DNA of 64,000 bases from Candidatus Obscuribacterales bacterium (GTDB taxonomy: Bacteria; Cyanobacteriota; Vampirovibrionia; Obscuribacterales; Obscuribacteraceae), in contig CBDDIJ010000002.1 in the NCBI GenBank assembly GCA_965228855.1, positions 800,001-864,000 on the forward strand, given 5' to 3'. A program made the translations under genes and the position numbers. Position 1 is the first letter of the stretch. Each line of letters opens with the position of its first letter. Positions 31,279-40,949 of this stretch are shown here, in pieces. The notes under the pieces were generated by a model. That model was given only the letters and a program-made list of their open reading frames with translations, was not told the origin of the DNA and did not search any database.

Positions 31279-32729
31279 TGGGTAAGGGGAGACAGCAGGG
31301 ATACGCGTCGCTCAAGCTCTTCGGCAGCCAGTCCCGCGAATGGAATTAGAAACTGATTCAGTTGTGCTCCGGACACATAGTACGGCGCCGTGCTGGTAAG
31401 GGGTAAACCCGCATCAGCTGCGGCTGATACGAATCCACGGTCCATAAGTCGTTGAGAGATTCGGATACACAAATGCAGACCGGCGCTCTGGCGTGGGACC
31501 TCGATTTCTGTTTTGAACAAAGTGAACAGCGCTCCAGTAAGAGCTTTCCGGCGTTTCTCGTAATGCGGTTTGGTTTTCTTCACGTGCAGAGCAAGTGCGC
31601 CTGTGCGCAGGAACTCAGCTAGTGCGTAGTGTTCGAGGATGGGAAACTGCCGTTCTGACAGGAATTTTACGCGTTCGAATACGGGCACCAGGGACGGTGG
31701 CACGACGGCGCAACCCGCTGTCGTCAAAGGGTAAAGAAGTTTCCAAAAGCTATACACGTAGATGACGCGCTCGTTATCATCCATTCCCTGCAGCGCCGGT
31801 AGTGGTGGATTGAGGTACGAAAAGTCGCTATCCCAGGCGTCTTCAATGATGTAGCTGTCGTTGCGCTTCGCCCAATCCAGCAGTTTTTTCCTTCGCTCCG
31901 GCGATAGAATTGTCCCTGTGGGATCGTGATAGGACGGCGTGACATAGGCTAATTTAGCCGCTTGCGACTCAAACTGATCCACCTGTATTCCGTCGATGTC
32001 GATATCGATGGGGACAAGTGTGGCGCCTCGATCGGACAGTGAGTCCCGCGCTCCGCCGTAGCCGGGATTCTCGACGATCACTCTATCTCCCGGGTCAATC
32101 AGCACTTTCGCGATGTATGTGAGCGCTTGCTGCGATCCCTGAAATACGATCACCTGTTCCGGCTGACAGTTCAAACCCTTAGTACGAGCCAGATATGACG
32201 CGATCTCGACTCGTAGTTTGTATTGACCGAGGGTCTCGGGCGCGGCGTCGAAGTGATGGGGAAGGAGCTGACGATACTGTTTCGTCAGAATCTCCTTCCA
32301 CTGATTCATCGGGAGTTCATCGGACGGGGGAGCGCCGTAATTCAAGTCCTTGAGATTGCCGGCCAGACCGGTCGAAAGCGACATTTGCATGAGTTTTGCC
32401 GCGTCGCTGGAAATTCTCGGTGGTGCCGATTGCGCTGCGCTGCGCTTCTGCACGATGTCCTTCTGGAAATTTCTTTCGAATTGACCGCGCTTACTCACGA
32501 AAGTACTGCTGCCAGTTATCGATTCTAAGTAGCCCTGGGCGATCAGGTCTTCGTACGCTTTCACGACGGTACCACGGGCGATGCCGAGCGAATTGGCCAG
32601 CTCGCGCGTGGCAGGTAGTGGCGCACCGGCTGGCAGGGTGCCGGCAATAATCCGCTCCTTCAAAGCTTTGGAAAGCTGTATGAAAAGGGGTTCTTGATTG
32701 TCTTTATCGAGTGTGAGCGGGAATTCCAT
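31275..32729 (-). CDS. MocR/GabR-family GntR regulator with PLP-dependent aminotransferase domain
   Basis: N-terminal wHTH LPATRELANSLGIARGTVVKAYEDL; GSQQAL, VENPGY, YVTPSYHDPTG, IIEDAWDSDF, SFWK. Confidence 0.93.
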   Translation of the reverse strand: MEFPLTLDKDNQEPLFIQLSKALKERIIAGTLPAGAPLPATRELANSLGIARGTVVKAYEDLIAQGYLESITGSSTFVSKRGQFERNFQKDIVQKRSAAQSAPPRISSDAAKLMQMSLSTGLAGNLKDLNYGAPPSDELPMNQWKEILTKQYRQLLPHHFDAAPETLGQYKLRVEIASYLARTKGLNCQPEQVIVFQGSQQALTYIAKVLIDPGDRVIVENPGYGGARDSLSDRGATLVPIDIDIDGIQVDQFESQAAKLAYVTPSYHDPTGTILSPERRKKLLDWAKRNDSYIIEDAWDSDFSYLNPPLPALQGMDDNERVIYVYSFWKLLYPLTTAGCAVVPPSLVPVFERVKFLSERQFPILEHYALAEFLRTGALALHVKKTKPHYEKRRKALTGALFTLFKTEIEVPRQSAGLHLCIRISQRLMDRGFVSAAADAGLPLTSTAPYYVSGAQLNQFLIPFAGLAAEELERRVSLLSPLTQ

Positions 32730-32773
32730 GGACAAATTCTAAATCAGAACACGAGGACTTTTTGTCCTCAAAA

Positions 32774-32807
32774 GCATACCAATCAAACCAATTCTGCGCA
32801 TACCAAT
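32774..32807. promoter_or_regulatory. Candidate MocR/GabR-type operator
   Basis: GCATACCAAT at 32774 and 32798 with AAACCAAT between, in the divergent promoter region. Confidence 0.6.
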
Positions 32808-33043
32808 TTAGTTGCGCACTCCTTGTTTCTTGCGATCGCTGCAAAAGGTTTCTCATCAAAGACAAAGCTGTGGTTTTAAACAGCAGCGCCTTTGTAGACT
32901 TTGTTGTCAAACCTCTTGCTGCAATTTTTTAAACCCAAACGACTAACCATCGCTCTCGATCGTTGACGGCATTCGCTCGTGGAAGAAAAGATTCACCTTT
33001 TCAGACGAGTTGTACTCGACGGTCCTGACCATAGGAGAGTGTG

Positions 33044-33661
33044 ATGTACAAACGCATTTTATTTTCATTCTCTGCCCTGCTCTTCGCCGCCACCGCTGGC
33101 GGTGCTGCTCTCGCCGCTGAAGTTCCAGTCGCGTCTCCCGAGGCAAAACCGCTCACCGCACCCGTCTCCTTCGAGCTGAAGTCGGACCCCGCGTCTCTTT
33201 CCGAAGCGGTTTCGCCGGACTCGTTAGTGCTTCAATCCACGAACCAGCAGGATTCGTCGCCGGAAGAACTCGTTCGTCGAGCGCTTCGTGATTACGACCG
33301 TTCTGTCAAGGACGACCCGTTCGGCATCAAGCCGAAGCCGGTTTATGGTCCGTCGCAGAGCGTCAGTGGAAGTCCGAACCTGAGTCAGAAGCCGCTTCGT
33401 TTCGACCGAAAGGACAGCTATTCCTATTCGGATCCCGGCGACTTCAATCCGTACGATTCCGATCGGCTTTCCAATGATGCTCGGCGTCAAATCTCAACGC
33501 AGCGGCAGCGAACTGCTGACCGCATCGCCGACATGATCTCTCCGGGTTTCGGTCGCGCTGAGTTCCAACTTGGTGAGAATCACGTTCGTGTCGATTACAT
33601 CTACTCGCGGCGTTGCAAAACGCGGGGTGTGGGCGTCTGCTTTCAAATGACGTTCCGCTGA
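33044..33661 (+). CDS. Secreted hypothetical protein
   Basis: AGGAGA RBS; signal peptide to ALA-A. Confidence 0.7.
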   Translation: MYKRILFSFSALLFAATAGGAALAAEVPVASPEAKPLTAPVSFELKSDPASLSEAVSPDSLVLQSTNQQDSSPEELVRRALRDYDRSVKDDPFGIKPKPVYGPSQSVSGSPNLSQKPLRFDRKDSYSYSDPGDFNPYDSDRLSNDARRQISTQRQRTADRIADMISPGFGRAEFQLGENHVRVDYIYSRRCKTRGVGVCFQMTFR

Positions 33662-33665
33662 AAAC

Positions 33666-33738
33666 AAGCTTGCGATGAGCGATTGCGACGACTATTCTGC
33701 ATTGCAGAGGTTTGTTGTCGTCGTCTCATCGCAAGCTT
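33666..33738 (+). terminator. 73-nt hairpin directly after the stop codon
   Basis: AAGCTTGCGATGAG / CTCATCGCAAGCTT 14-bp perfect outer stem with inner pairing. Confidence 0.55.
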
Positions 33739-33853
33739 CGGTCTCAGCTGTATGCCTACTAGATGGATTGGTAGAAATTCAAGGGCGGGAAGGGAGTCGT
33801 AGTGATGCTTTTGGAGGAAGGCGTCCCTTAGTTCGGGCGTGAAAAAGCGAGTT

Positions 33854-33905
33854 TGGCTATCTGGCTATGACGGAATTCGAAAATTCCGGCGCTCTCTCGT
33901 AGCCA
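33854..33905. repeat. 52-bp symmetric core, copy C (inverted relative to B; left box CTACTAGAT at 33756)
   Basis: TGGCTA-tctggctat-GACG-gaattcgaaaattc-CGGC-gctctctcg-TAGCCA. Confidence 0.85.
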
Positions 33906-34291
33906 GACGCCAGGCAGCTGAGTTGCGAAGTTATTTTTGAAACGGTTGTCGAGGCTTGGCTAGTCAAGTGTTGAGGCTCGTTCGGACTATGTCAGAGCTG
34001 TGCGAGGCTCTGCTGTTTTCTCAGTGACCCCAGACAGTCGGGATTAGCCGTCAAGCCAGCTGATGAGGCGTCTTATTTCTTTTAAAGAACGACAGTTTCG
34101 GAGAAGTAAAGAGAGAACCAAGATAAGAGCTCTTTGTAGCCTCATACAGACATACTTCTTCTTCCGTTTCGTAGATCTAGATCAACAGCCACAGTCAGAG
34201 CTCGCTCTCGTTTAACTCTCTACCACCAGGAGCCACTGGTGCGTCTCTCATCGCCCTGTCGCTGCGAGGCGCAGGTGAAAGGACGAGTACT

Positions 34292-34795
34292 ATGTCATCG
34301 GTACTAGTTTTGAACAGTTCTTCCGAGCCGTTGCACGTATGCGACTGGCGAAGAGCTGTCTCGCTGATTTGCAAAGGCAGAGCCCAGGTTGTAGAGCACA
34401 GCGACAGGCGCTTGCTGGCAGATGATTTCCCCTTACCGGTCGTCATCCGCCTGCATTCGCAGGTTTTTGTGCCTTACGCACCTCTCTCGGCCAGTCGCGG
34501 CAACATCCTCGCGCGCGACAAACACACCTGTCAGTATTGCGCCACCAAACGCGGCGAGATGACGCTCGACCACGTTGTTCCTCGCTCGCGTGGCGGTGGT
34601 TCAACCTGGGAGAATCTCGTTACCGCCTGCCAGAAGTGCAATGCACGCAAGGGAGACCGCAGCCTGAGCGAATCTGGCATGAAGTTGCTTTCCACGCCGG
34701 CGCGTCCTCGCGACCGGATGTCATTCCTGATCATGAAACACCGGTCGCAAAACCCGGCGTTCGAGAGCTGGTCGCGTTACCTCAAGGTTTCGTGA
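34292..34795 (+). CDS. HNH endonuclease (McrA/HNH_5-like)
   Basis: VLVLN..EPL, RDKHTCQYC, TLDHVVPRSRGG..WENLVTACQKCNARKG. Confidence 0.92.
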   Translation: MSSVLVLNSSSEPLHVCDWRRAVSLICKGRAQVVEHSDRRLLADDFPLPVVIRLHSQVFVPYAPLSASRGNILARDKHTCQYCATKRGEMTLDHVVPRSRGGGSTWENLVTACQKCNARKGDRSLSESGMKLLSTPARPRDRMSFLIMKHRSQNPAFESWSRYLKVS

Positions 34796-34829
34796 TTCTC
34801 CTCGAAGAATAAACAGAAAGAGAAATCGC

Positions 34830-36437
34830 ATGAGCACAGAATCGAACCACGGAACGGCCAATCCGCTCCGCGAACTCTACGCCCCGCGTCAGCCGTTCAA
34901 CTCCGGCATGCTGCGCGTCTCCGAGCTCCACGAGATTTATTTCGAGGAAAGCGGCAATCCCAACGGAAAGCCGGTGGTCTTCGTCCATGGTGGTCCCGGT
35001 GGTGGCACTGACCCGAGTCAACGGGGCTTCTTCAACCCCGACATTTACCGCATCGTGCTATTCGACCAGCGCGGCTGCGGCAAGAGCCTGCCTTATGCGT
35101 CACTCGTCGACAACACGACCTGGGACCTGGTCGAGGATATGGAGAAGCTGCGCAAGCATCTCGGTATCGCTCGCTGGCAGGTCTTCGGCGGCTCGTGGGG
35201 CAGCACACTGGCGCTCGCGTATGCGGAAACGCATCCGGAGTTCGTCACCGAGCTCGTTCTGCGGGGCATCTTCCTGGTCCGCAAGCAGGAGATCGACTGG
35301 TTCTACCAGCGCGGCGCCAGCGCCATATACCCGGACGCCTGGGAGCATTATCTGAAGGCTATCCCGGCGTCGGAGCACGGCGACCTCGTCTCGGCTTATC
35401 ACAAGCGCCTGACGTCCGACGACCCGGCTGTGCGTCTCGCTGCTGCGAAGGCATGGAGCATCTGGGAAGGCAGCACCAGCAAGCTCTACACCGATCCGAA
35501 GTTCCTCTCACGCTACGCCGCCGACGATTTCGCCGTCGCGTTCGCCCGCATCGAATGCCACTACTTCGTCAACAAGGGCTTCATGCGCGAAGGTCAGCTG
35601 CTCGAAGACGTGCACAAGATCAGGCACATTCCGACCGTGATCGTCCAGGGACGCTATGACGTCGTCTGTCCGATCGAGTCGGCATGGGCGTTGCACCGCG
35701 CGTTCCCCGAAGCCCAGCTGGTGGTCGTCAACGACGCCGGTCACTCCGCCAAAGAGCCCGGCAATGCCTCGGCTTTGATCGAAGCGACCGACAGATTCGG
35801 TGCCAATTTCAATCCCGAGGCTGAAACCGTTGCCGCGGCGCCGGCAGTCGCCGGCACCGCTGGCGATACCACGCAGCGTTGTGTTTTCCTCGATCGCGAT
35901 GGCGTCATTAACGTCGGCATCAACGTCACGCAAGCGTCTGACTTCCAACTCATCCCAGGCTCAAAGGACGCGATTGCGAAACTGAAGCAAGCCGGCTTCA
36001 AAGTAGTGGTCGCGACCAACCAGGGCGGTCTTGGAGAAAACCTTGACGGGTCGATTCGCTGGAAGGCCCACCCACTTTCGCGCAAGGCGCTCGGCGAGAT
36101 TCACGCGCGCATGCTCGAGCTTCTCGGCGAGGAAGCCAAGCCGGATGCCATCAAGGTCTGTCCGCACTCCAAATCGGTGGACTGTCCGTGCCGCAAACCG
36201 GCTCCCGGTATGCTCACCGATGCCGCCGGAGAACTGAACATCGACCTGAAGCGTTCCTTCATGGTCGGCGACCGCGACACGGATGTGGCGACTGGTATCG
36301 CAGCTGGTGCGACCGGTATCCTGGTTCTCAGCGGACCCGACGGCGACAAGGCGAAGGACAAGGATCGGGTTCCCGACGGAACACCGGTCTTCCCGTCGCT
36401 CAAGGAAGCCGCCGACTGGATTCTGCTGCAGAACTAA
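34830..36437 (+). CDS. pip: Proline iminopeptidase fused to a GmhB/HisB-like HAD-IIIA phosphatase
   Basis: HGGPG, FDQRGCG, GGSWG, GRYD, DAGH; then FLDRDGVIN, ATNQGG, CPH..C.CRKP.PGM, MVGDRDTD, all in one frame. Confidence 0.88.
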   Translation: MSTESNHGTANPLRELYAPRQPFNSGMLRVSELHEIYFEESGNPNGKPVVFVHGGPGGGTDPSQRGFFNPDIYRIVLFDQRGCGKSLPYASLVDNTTWDLVEDMEKLRKHLGIARWQVFGGSWGSTLALAYAETHPEFVTELVLRGIFLVRKQEIDWFYQRGASAIYPDAWEHYLKAIPASEHGDLVSAYHKRLTSDDPAVRLAAAKAWSIWEGSTSKLYTDPKFLSRYAADDFAVAFARIECHYFVNKGFMREGQLLEDVHKIRHIPTVIVQGRYDVVCPIESAWALHRAFPEAQLVVVNDAGHSAKEPGNASALIEATDRFGANFNPEAETVAAAPAVAGTAGDTTQRCVFLDRDGVINVGINVTQASDFQLIPGSKDAIAKLKQAGFKVVVATNQGGLGENLDGSIRWKAHPLSRKALGEIHARMLELLGEEAKPDAIKVCPHSKSVDCPCRKPAPGMLTDAAGELNIDLKRSFMVGDRDTDVATGIAAGATGILVLSGPDGDKAKDKDRVPDGTPVFPSLKEAADWILLQN

Positions 36438-36447
36438 GTTGGAAACG

Positions 36448-36484
36448 CTGGAGAAGTTGGCCCAAAGCCAACTTCTTCAGTTTT
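36448..36484 (+). terminator. Intrinsic terminator
   Basis: CTGGAGAAGTTGGC/GCCAACTTCTTCAG followed by TTTT. Confidence 0.8.
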
Positions 36485-36494
36485 CTGAAATTCG

Positions 36495-36717
36495 CTACTA
36501 TATAAGACAGGACAGGCAAAGCCTGCGATGGCCGACAACGTCAGGATCGCAGGCCCTGGAACGGCAAATCTCCTCTCGTTGTCTATCGCTCGATGACGAT
36601 TTTCAGTAAATCCGGCATCGAGCGATAGACAAAAGGGCCTGGCTCTGAACGGAAAACTTCAGACAGCGTCTCTGGTAGGCACTTTCGAGAATTTTCTTAT
36701 CTTATCCTGTATAGTAG
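36495..36717. repeat. Symmetric element copy D (core 36580-36631)
   Basis: Ends CTACTATATAAGACAGGACAGG / CTTATCTTATCCTGTATAGTAG form an imperfect 22-bp IR; core has a perfect 17-bp IR TTGTCTATCGCTCGATG. Confidence 0.9.
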
Positions 36718-36764
36718 TAAAATCGCTTGTCCTGTCGAGTCGATTAGCGAGGATCGGGGGCGGG

Positions 36765-37595
36765 TTAGCCGATTTCGATCAGTTCCGTTTCCGAATAAAA
36801 ATATTGTTTCGGGGAGATTGGATGCGGCGAGGATTTGAACATCTCTTGCACGAACGTTCTCATCTTAACGAGGTCTTCTTGCGAATCTTCGCCGCAAATT
36901 ACCAGGATGTCCCTTGCGGGCACCGAGATTATCGGGCTGCCCTTGACCATGTCGGTCATGTTTCTCATGAACTTTCGGTTCAGCAGTAGTCCCGATTCGA
37001 AATCGCGTCCTGAAGCCAGAACCCAGAGAGTCGGTCCGCCCTTTAGAGATATTTCGCCACCCAAAAGGTCTTTCAAGTTTTGAACGGCTTTCTCGCGCAA
37101 GTCGCTGTCATCGAGGGGAACGCTTGAGCGACCTTCCGGAGACAAATAGCCGACGGCGGCTCGCGAGTTTATACCATAAACCATTGAAAGGTCCGCACCA
37201 AGCGATTCTCGAACAAGTTTTTGCCCGATCTTCTCCTCTATCTGGTCAACTTCTTCAGTTCTTCGAATCAACGGGATCAAGTTGTTTTCTACGTCTTGCG
37301 AGGACAGGGAAGTTAGTTTGGTTGAATCGCGCATTGTTGTAATTTGCGGTTCGATGAACGCGAGTCGCTTGCCAGGCTGATCTTTGCAAGCTTTCCAAAC
37401 ATTTTCCAGGTTTAACTGCGCTGTAAGCGTTTCGCCGGACTGCGATGGGATTTGAGCCTCGATGCGGAGCGCGCTAACCACGTTCGCCAGTGCGCCCGCG
37501 ACTGATGACTGAATCAGGTTTGCGTAGATGTTCGTGAAAGTCTCATCGTCCAGATCGGACGATTCGAGCTTATCGAAATCAGGTTCCAGATTCAT
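36765..37595 (-). CDS. DUF1444-like hypothetical protein
   Basis: LIPLIR, LREKAVQNL, ESGLLL, ISVPARDILVI, SPHPIS pattern recalled from the DUF1444/YtpQ family. Confidence 0.6.
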   Translation of the reverse strand: MNLEPDFDKLESSDLDDETFTNIYANLIQSSVAGALANVVSALRIEAQIPSQSGETLTAQLNLENVWKACKDQPGKRLAFIEPQITTMRDSTKLTSLSSQDVENNLIPLIRRTEEVDQIEEKIGQKLVRESLGADLSMVYGINSRAAVGYLSPEGRSSVPLDDSDLREKAVQNLKDLLGGEISLKGGPTLWVLASGRDFESGLLLNRKFMRNMTDMVKGSPIISVPARDILVICGEDSQEDLVKMRTFVQEMFKSSPHPISPKQYFYSETELIEIG

Positions 37596-37614
37596 TTTCG
37601 TCCTCGATAGTGGC

Positions 37615-38949
37615 CTACGGTTGATAGAGTTGTTGATCTTCCGGAATATTCAACGCACGCCAGGTTCCGGTAATGACTGGAACTCCTGGTCCGTGAATGC
37701 GGTCGGCTTCTTGCGCTCTGCCTGTGCTTCTGAGCAAGTTTGCCAGACTGCGTCCTAAACCTTTTGTTTCCGGATGATCGGGTCCGAGCGTCTTTTGTCT
37801 GATGCTGAGCGCTTGTCTGTAAAGCGGTTCTGCATCTTTGAATCGAACCTGGATATGATATAGAGTTCCAAGGTTGTGCAGAGCAGTCGCATAATCCGGA
37901 TGCTCGGTCCCAAAGATTTTGGCGTAAATTTCCACGCATTTTTTTGTGAGCGGTTCTGCTTCATTGAAACGGTTGAGCTGGTAGTAGAGCCGAGCCAGAT
38001 TGTTCAGCGAACGAGCAACTACGATGTGTTGGGCGCCCAGGTGTTTGACTTTGATGTCGATAGCTCGCCTGTAAAATTGCTCCGCTGCGTCGTGACGCTC
38101 TTGCGCGCAAAGCGAATCTGCGAAGCTGTCCAATGCGTATGCCAGTCGCCTGGGATCTTCGTTGGCAAACGGTTCGAAATAGCGAACGGTCGCTGCCCAG
38201 ATCGCTTCGGCATCGGAGAGACGACGTTCATTGTCCGCTATCTCTGCCATTCTTCGTAGGTTTTCCCAGCGGGCAACGGCCAGCCCAAGCGGCTCACGAA
38301 CTGGTTTCACTGGTGGTGGCAGTGGAATTGGCGGCGAAACGTTCTCGCTCGTTCCGCGCTGTTCCCCGCGCCGTCCAGGAGGCGGTGGCGGTGGAGGAGG
38401 GGGAGGAGGAGGTGGTGGTGGCGGCGGAGGCGCAGGCTCCTCGGCTTTCGTCTTGGCCCAGTTCTTTGCGGTTATCAAAACTTCGCCGGATTTTAGTTTT
38501 TCAGCGTCTTCCACGCGCCCGCAAGCCCGAAGCAAATTTGAATAGTTGCCTAGCAGTTTCGCTATATCCGGATGATCCTTGCCGAGCCGGCGCGTTTTTA
38601 TGTCTAAAGCCTGCTGGTAGAACTCTTCGGCTTCCGGATATTTTTCTTGAACATGCAAAAGCATAGCCAGGTTGGTCGCTATCACTCCGACGTCGTACTG
38701 GTCTTCGCCGAAAATTTCGGAATAAATCGCATGAAGCTGCCGGCAACAGTTCGTCGCGTCTGCGAAGCGACCCAGGTGCCAGTAAACTTCGGAAAGTCCC
38801 TCGAGAGTGAGCGCCGTACGCCGGTCCGTGCGGTCAAAACGCTCAGCTTCTTTGAGTGCCTCCTTCCAGGCAAGCTCGGCGTCTTGCAGCCGTTTTTGTT
38901 GCTGTGCTTCTTCCGCCTTGGATCTTAATGCGTCCCAAATCTCAGACAC
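37615..38949 (-). CDS. TPR protein (kinesin-light-chain-type repeats) with central poly-Pro
   Basis: Repeats such as ARSLNNLARLY, GTEHPDYATALHNLG, LGPDHPET; 18 consecutive Pro at 38377-38430. Confidence 0.88.
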   Translation of the reverse strand: MSEIWDALRSKAEEAQQQKRLQDAELAWKEALKEAERFDRTDRRTALTLEGLSEVYWHLGRFADATNCCRQLHAIYSEIFGEDQYDVGVIATNLAMLLHVQEKYPEAEEFYQQALDIKTRRLGKDHPDIAKLLGNYSNLLRACGRVEDAEKLKSGEVLITAKNWAKTKAEEPAPPPPPPPPPPPPPPPPPPGRRGEQRGTSENVSPPIPLPPPVKPVREPLGLAVARWENLRRMAEIADNERRLSDAEAIWAATVRYFEPFANEDPRRLAYALDSFADSLCAQERHDAAEQFYRRAIDIKVKHLGAQHIVVARSLNNLARLYYQLNRFNEAEPLTKKCVEIYAKIFGTEHPDYATALHNLGTLYHIQVRFKDAEPLYRQALSIRQKTLGPDHPETKGLGRSLANLLRSTGRAQEADRIHGPGVPVITGTWRALNIPEDQQLYQP

Positions 38950-39092
38950 GTTTACGCCCCTTCAACTCTCTCAAGCACATTATGACAGGGGTTGCGTGTC
39001 GTTTGAAAAGGTTTCGCGTTTGAATTGGCGAAGTCAAGCGCCGTCGCCGCTCTGGGGTTGATATGATTCTGAAATCAATTGAGGTCTAGTAA

Positions 39093-39419
39093 ATGGCGAC
39101 AGAAACCGCAGTACCAGTCACAGCAGAAAACTTTCACAAGCTTCCGCGCGGCTCACAACTTCTCATTGCGTACGCATTGTTTAACGACATGTGGAACATC
39201 CAACTGTTGAGAACCGACCGCGACATACTCGCTCTGGTTAATTCCGGTTGGCTTGTGGCGAAGCCAAGTAGCGCGCACGGATTTGTCAACGGCCTCTTCG
39301 AAGACGCTACCTGGGCGGCCTTTGAAACGTTCGAAGATAAGATCCTTGGCAGCGTTACCGATGTTGAGATGGAGCGCTTTGTCGCTAGAAAAGGCAAAGA
39401 GTATCCCTGGCTTTGGTAA
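39093..39419 (+). CDS. Hypothetical protein
   Basis: GAGG RBS; protein-like composition. Confidence 0.6.
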   Translation: MATETAVPVTAENFHKLPRGSQLLIAYALFNDMWNIQLLRTDRDILALVNSGWLVAKPSSAHGFVNGLFEDATWAAFETFEDKILGSVTDVEMERFVARKGKEYPWLW

Positions 39420-39835
39420 ACTTCTGGAGCGAAACCAATTGCGCTCACCGGTCTGTGGTATCGCTGGTGGTGCGCCATTGTCAGGTGGAAAGGCGATATT
39501 TGTTTTCACTTGAAACAGTTAATTTAAATTCGACTGCTTTTCCGATATATTGTTGAGATACACGACATTGATTTTGAAGTGGAGTTTGGTTCGAATGACG
39601 CCCATCAGTAGCGCCGACAAAGTATGGTTCCTCCTCGGACTCGTTTTCCTGGTCTGGGTTTTGGCTGCCAGCGCGCACCACTTCGCCCAATAGGCGATCT
39701 TTCAAGTTTAGATTTCCAAGCCGCTTGATTGGCGGCTTTTCGTTTGGATTGAAGATACTATATGATGTCACTGGTTTTGGTTGAAAACGAAATCACCCAG
39801 CCGGGGCGGGGTGATTCCGTCTCTCCTCAGACGGG

Positions 39836-40048
39836 CTACTGCTGTTTCGTAATTGGAATGGCCTGAGACGCGGCGATTAAGCCGGCCATGGGCACGTTCA
39901 ATATCAACAAAACCGGATAGAGTTCACGAACCGCAGTCCAGCCGATTGTCAGCGTTATGAAGAAACCGATTAGAAGTAACATCACGACGTAGGCGGGCAG
40001 GAAATAAAACGCGAACCAGTGAGTCAGTGCGCTCAGCGCTTTGAGCAT
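39836..40048 (-). CDS. Small membrane protein (2 TM)
   Basis: AGGAGGAG RBS before MLKALS; hydrophobic. Confidence 0.55.
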   Translation of the reverse strand: MLKALSALTHWFAFYFLPAYVVMLLLIGFFITLTIGWTAVRELYPVLLILNVPMAGLIAASQAIPITKQQ

Positions 40049-40174
40049 GGTCTCCTCCTGTTGAGACAGAAGCGGTGCCGACGCGCGCCGGCACCGCTCT
40101 GTGGTCAAAGTGGGCTTGTGGGGTGGATTAAACAGTCACGCCTTAAGAAGCAAAACCGTCCGGCGCTGCAGTGG

Positions 40175-40387
40175 TTAACCGGCGGGCAAGCTGGAAATCT
40201 TGAGCGGTTCCGGTTGCACCATGATTCCGCGCTTGAGCGGCGAATCGGTGTTCAGGCTGTCGCCATGCGAGTCCGTTGGAGCGGGCGTCGGCATGGTTGC
40301 CGTCTTGTGTTTCGGTTTGGCGGCATGGTAAGCGCCGATCACGGCGAAGGCGAACAGGGCGCAGGCGAGCCATCGCGACATACTCAT
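40175..40387 (-). CDS. Small secreted/anchored hypothetical protein
   Basis: AAGGA RBS; signal-like N-terminus. Confidence 0.5.
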   Translation of the reverse strand: MSMSRWLACALFAFAVIGAYHAAKPKHKTATMPTPAPTDSHGDSLNTDSPLKRGIMVQPEPLKISSLPAG

Positions 40388-40949
40388 AGAAGTCCTTGGG
40401 TTGGGGTAGTTGTATCAGGTGTCACCGCACTTGATACCGTCGTTTTGTTTCCGCGCATTCTCGGAACAACGACCAGAGCCGCTTGATACTGCCGACGCTC
40501 GGTCGACAGTTTATCTTGTTGGTGAAGTTCAGTTGATGGTTCTAGCGGTTTGGTCCAGGCGTTGATTGACGAGAATGTGCCTAAAGTTATCGATTTAACT
40601 GAAGTCGATCAACGAATGTTGAACAAGTAAGAAGCGCAATCAGTTTCACTCAAAACTGCGTAGAATGGCTTGTAATGTAGAACTACAGGGACGTGCGGAA
40701 CTTCTGGTATGAAAACTTTGCCTTGCGTGCGCTTATGAATTGATATTGCAAGGTGGCGTTTGTCCGCGGACTTCAGAGGTATCGGTTGTGTCGGGACTGT
40801 CTCGTTTTGGTCCGAATGCACCAGGGTATACTATCTGATGTCGTGAATGAGAGTGTAAGTTGGAATGCGCAGAAGGTTTATCACCAACCGCGCATTCCGA
40901 ACCCCTCAACGAGCCGCTTGACACTCTTGCCTTGCGACCGTTTCAGTGA

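Noticed and set aside
34292..34795. HNH gene as a Cas9/IscB-like or defence nuclease
   Set aside because: Typical stand-alone 167-aa HNH protein; no RuvC, array or methylase nearby
36495..36717. CTACTATAT/ATATAGTAG boxes as sigma70 -10 elements
   Set aside because: Half the copies read CTACTAGA, breaking the consensus in both directions, and no -35 at proper spacing was found in the copies checked
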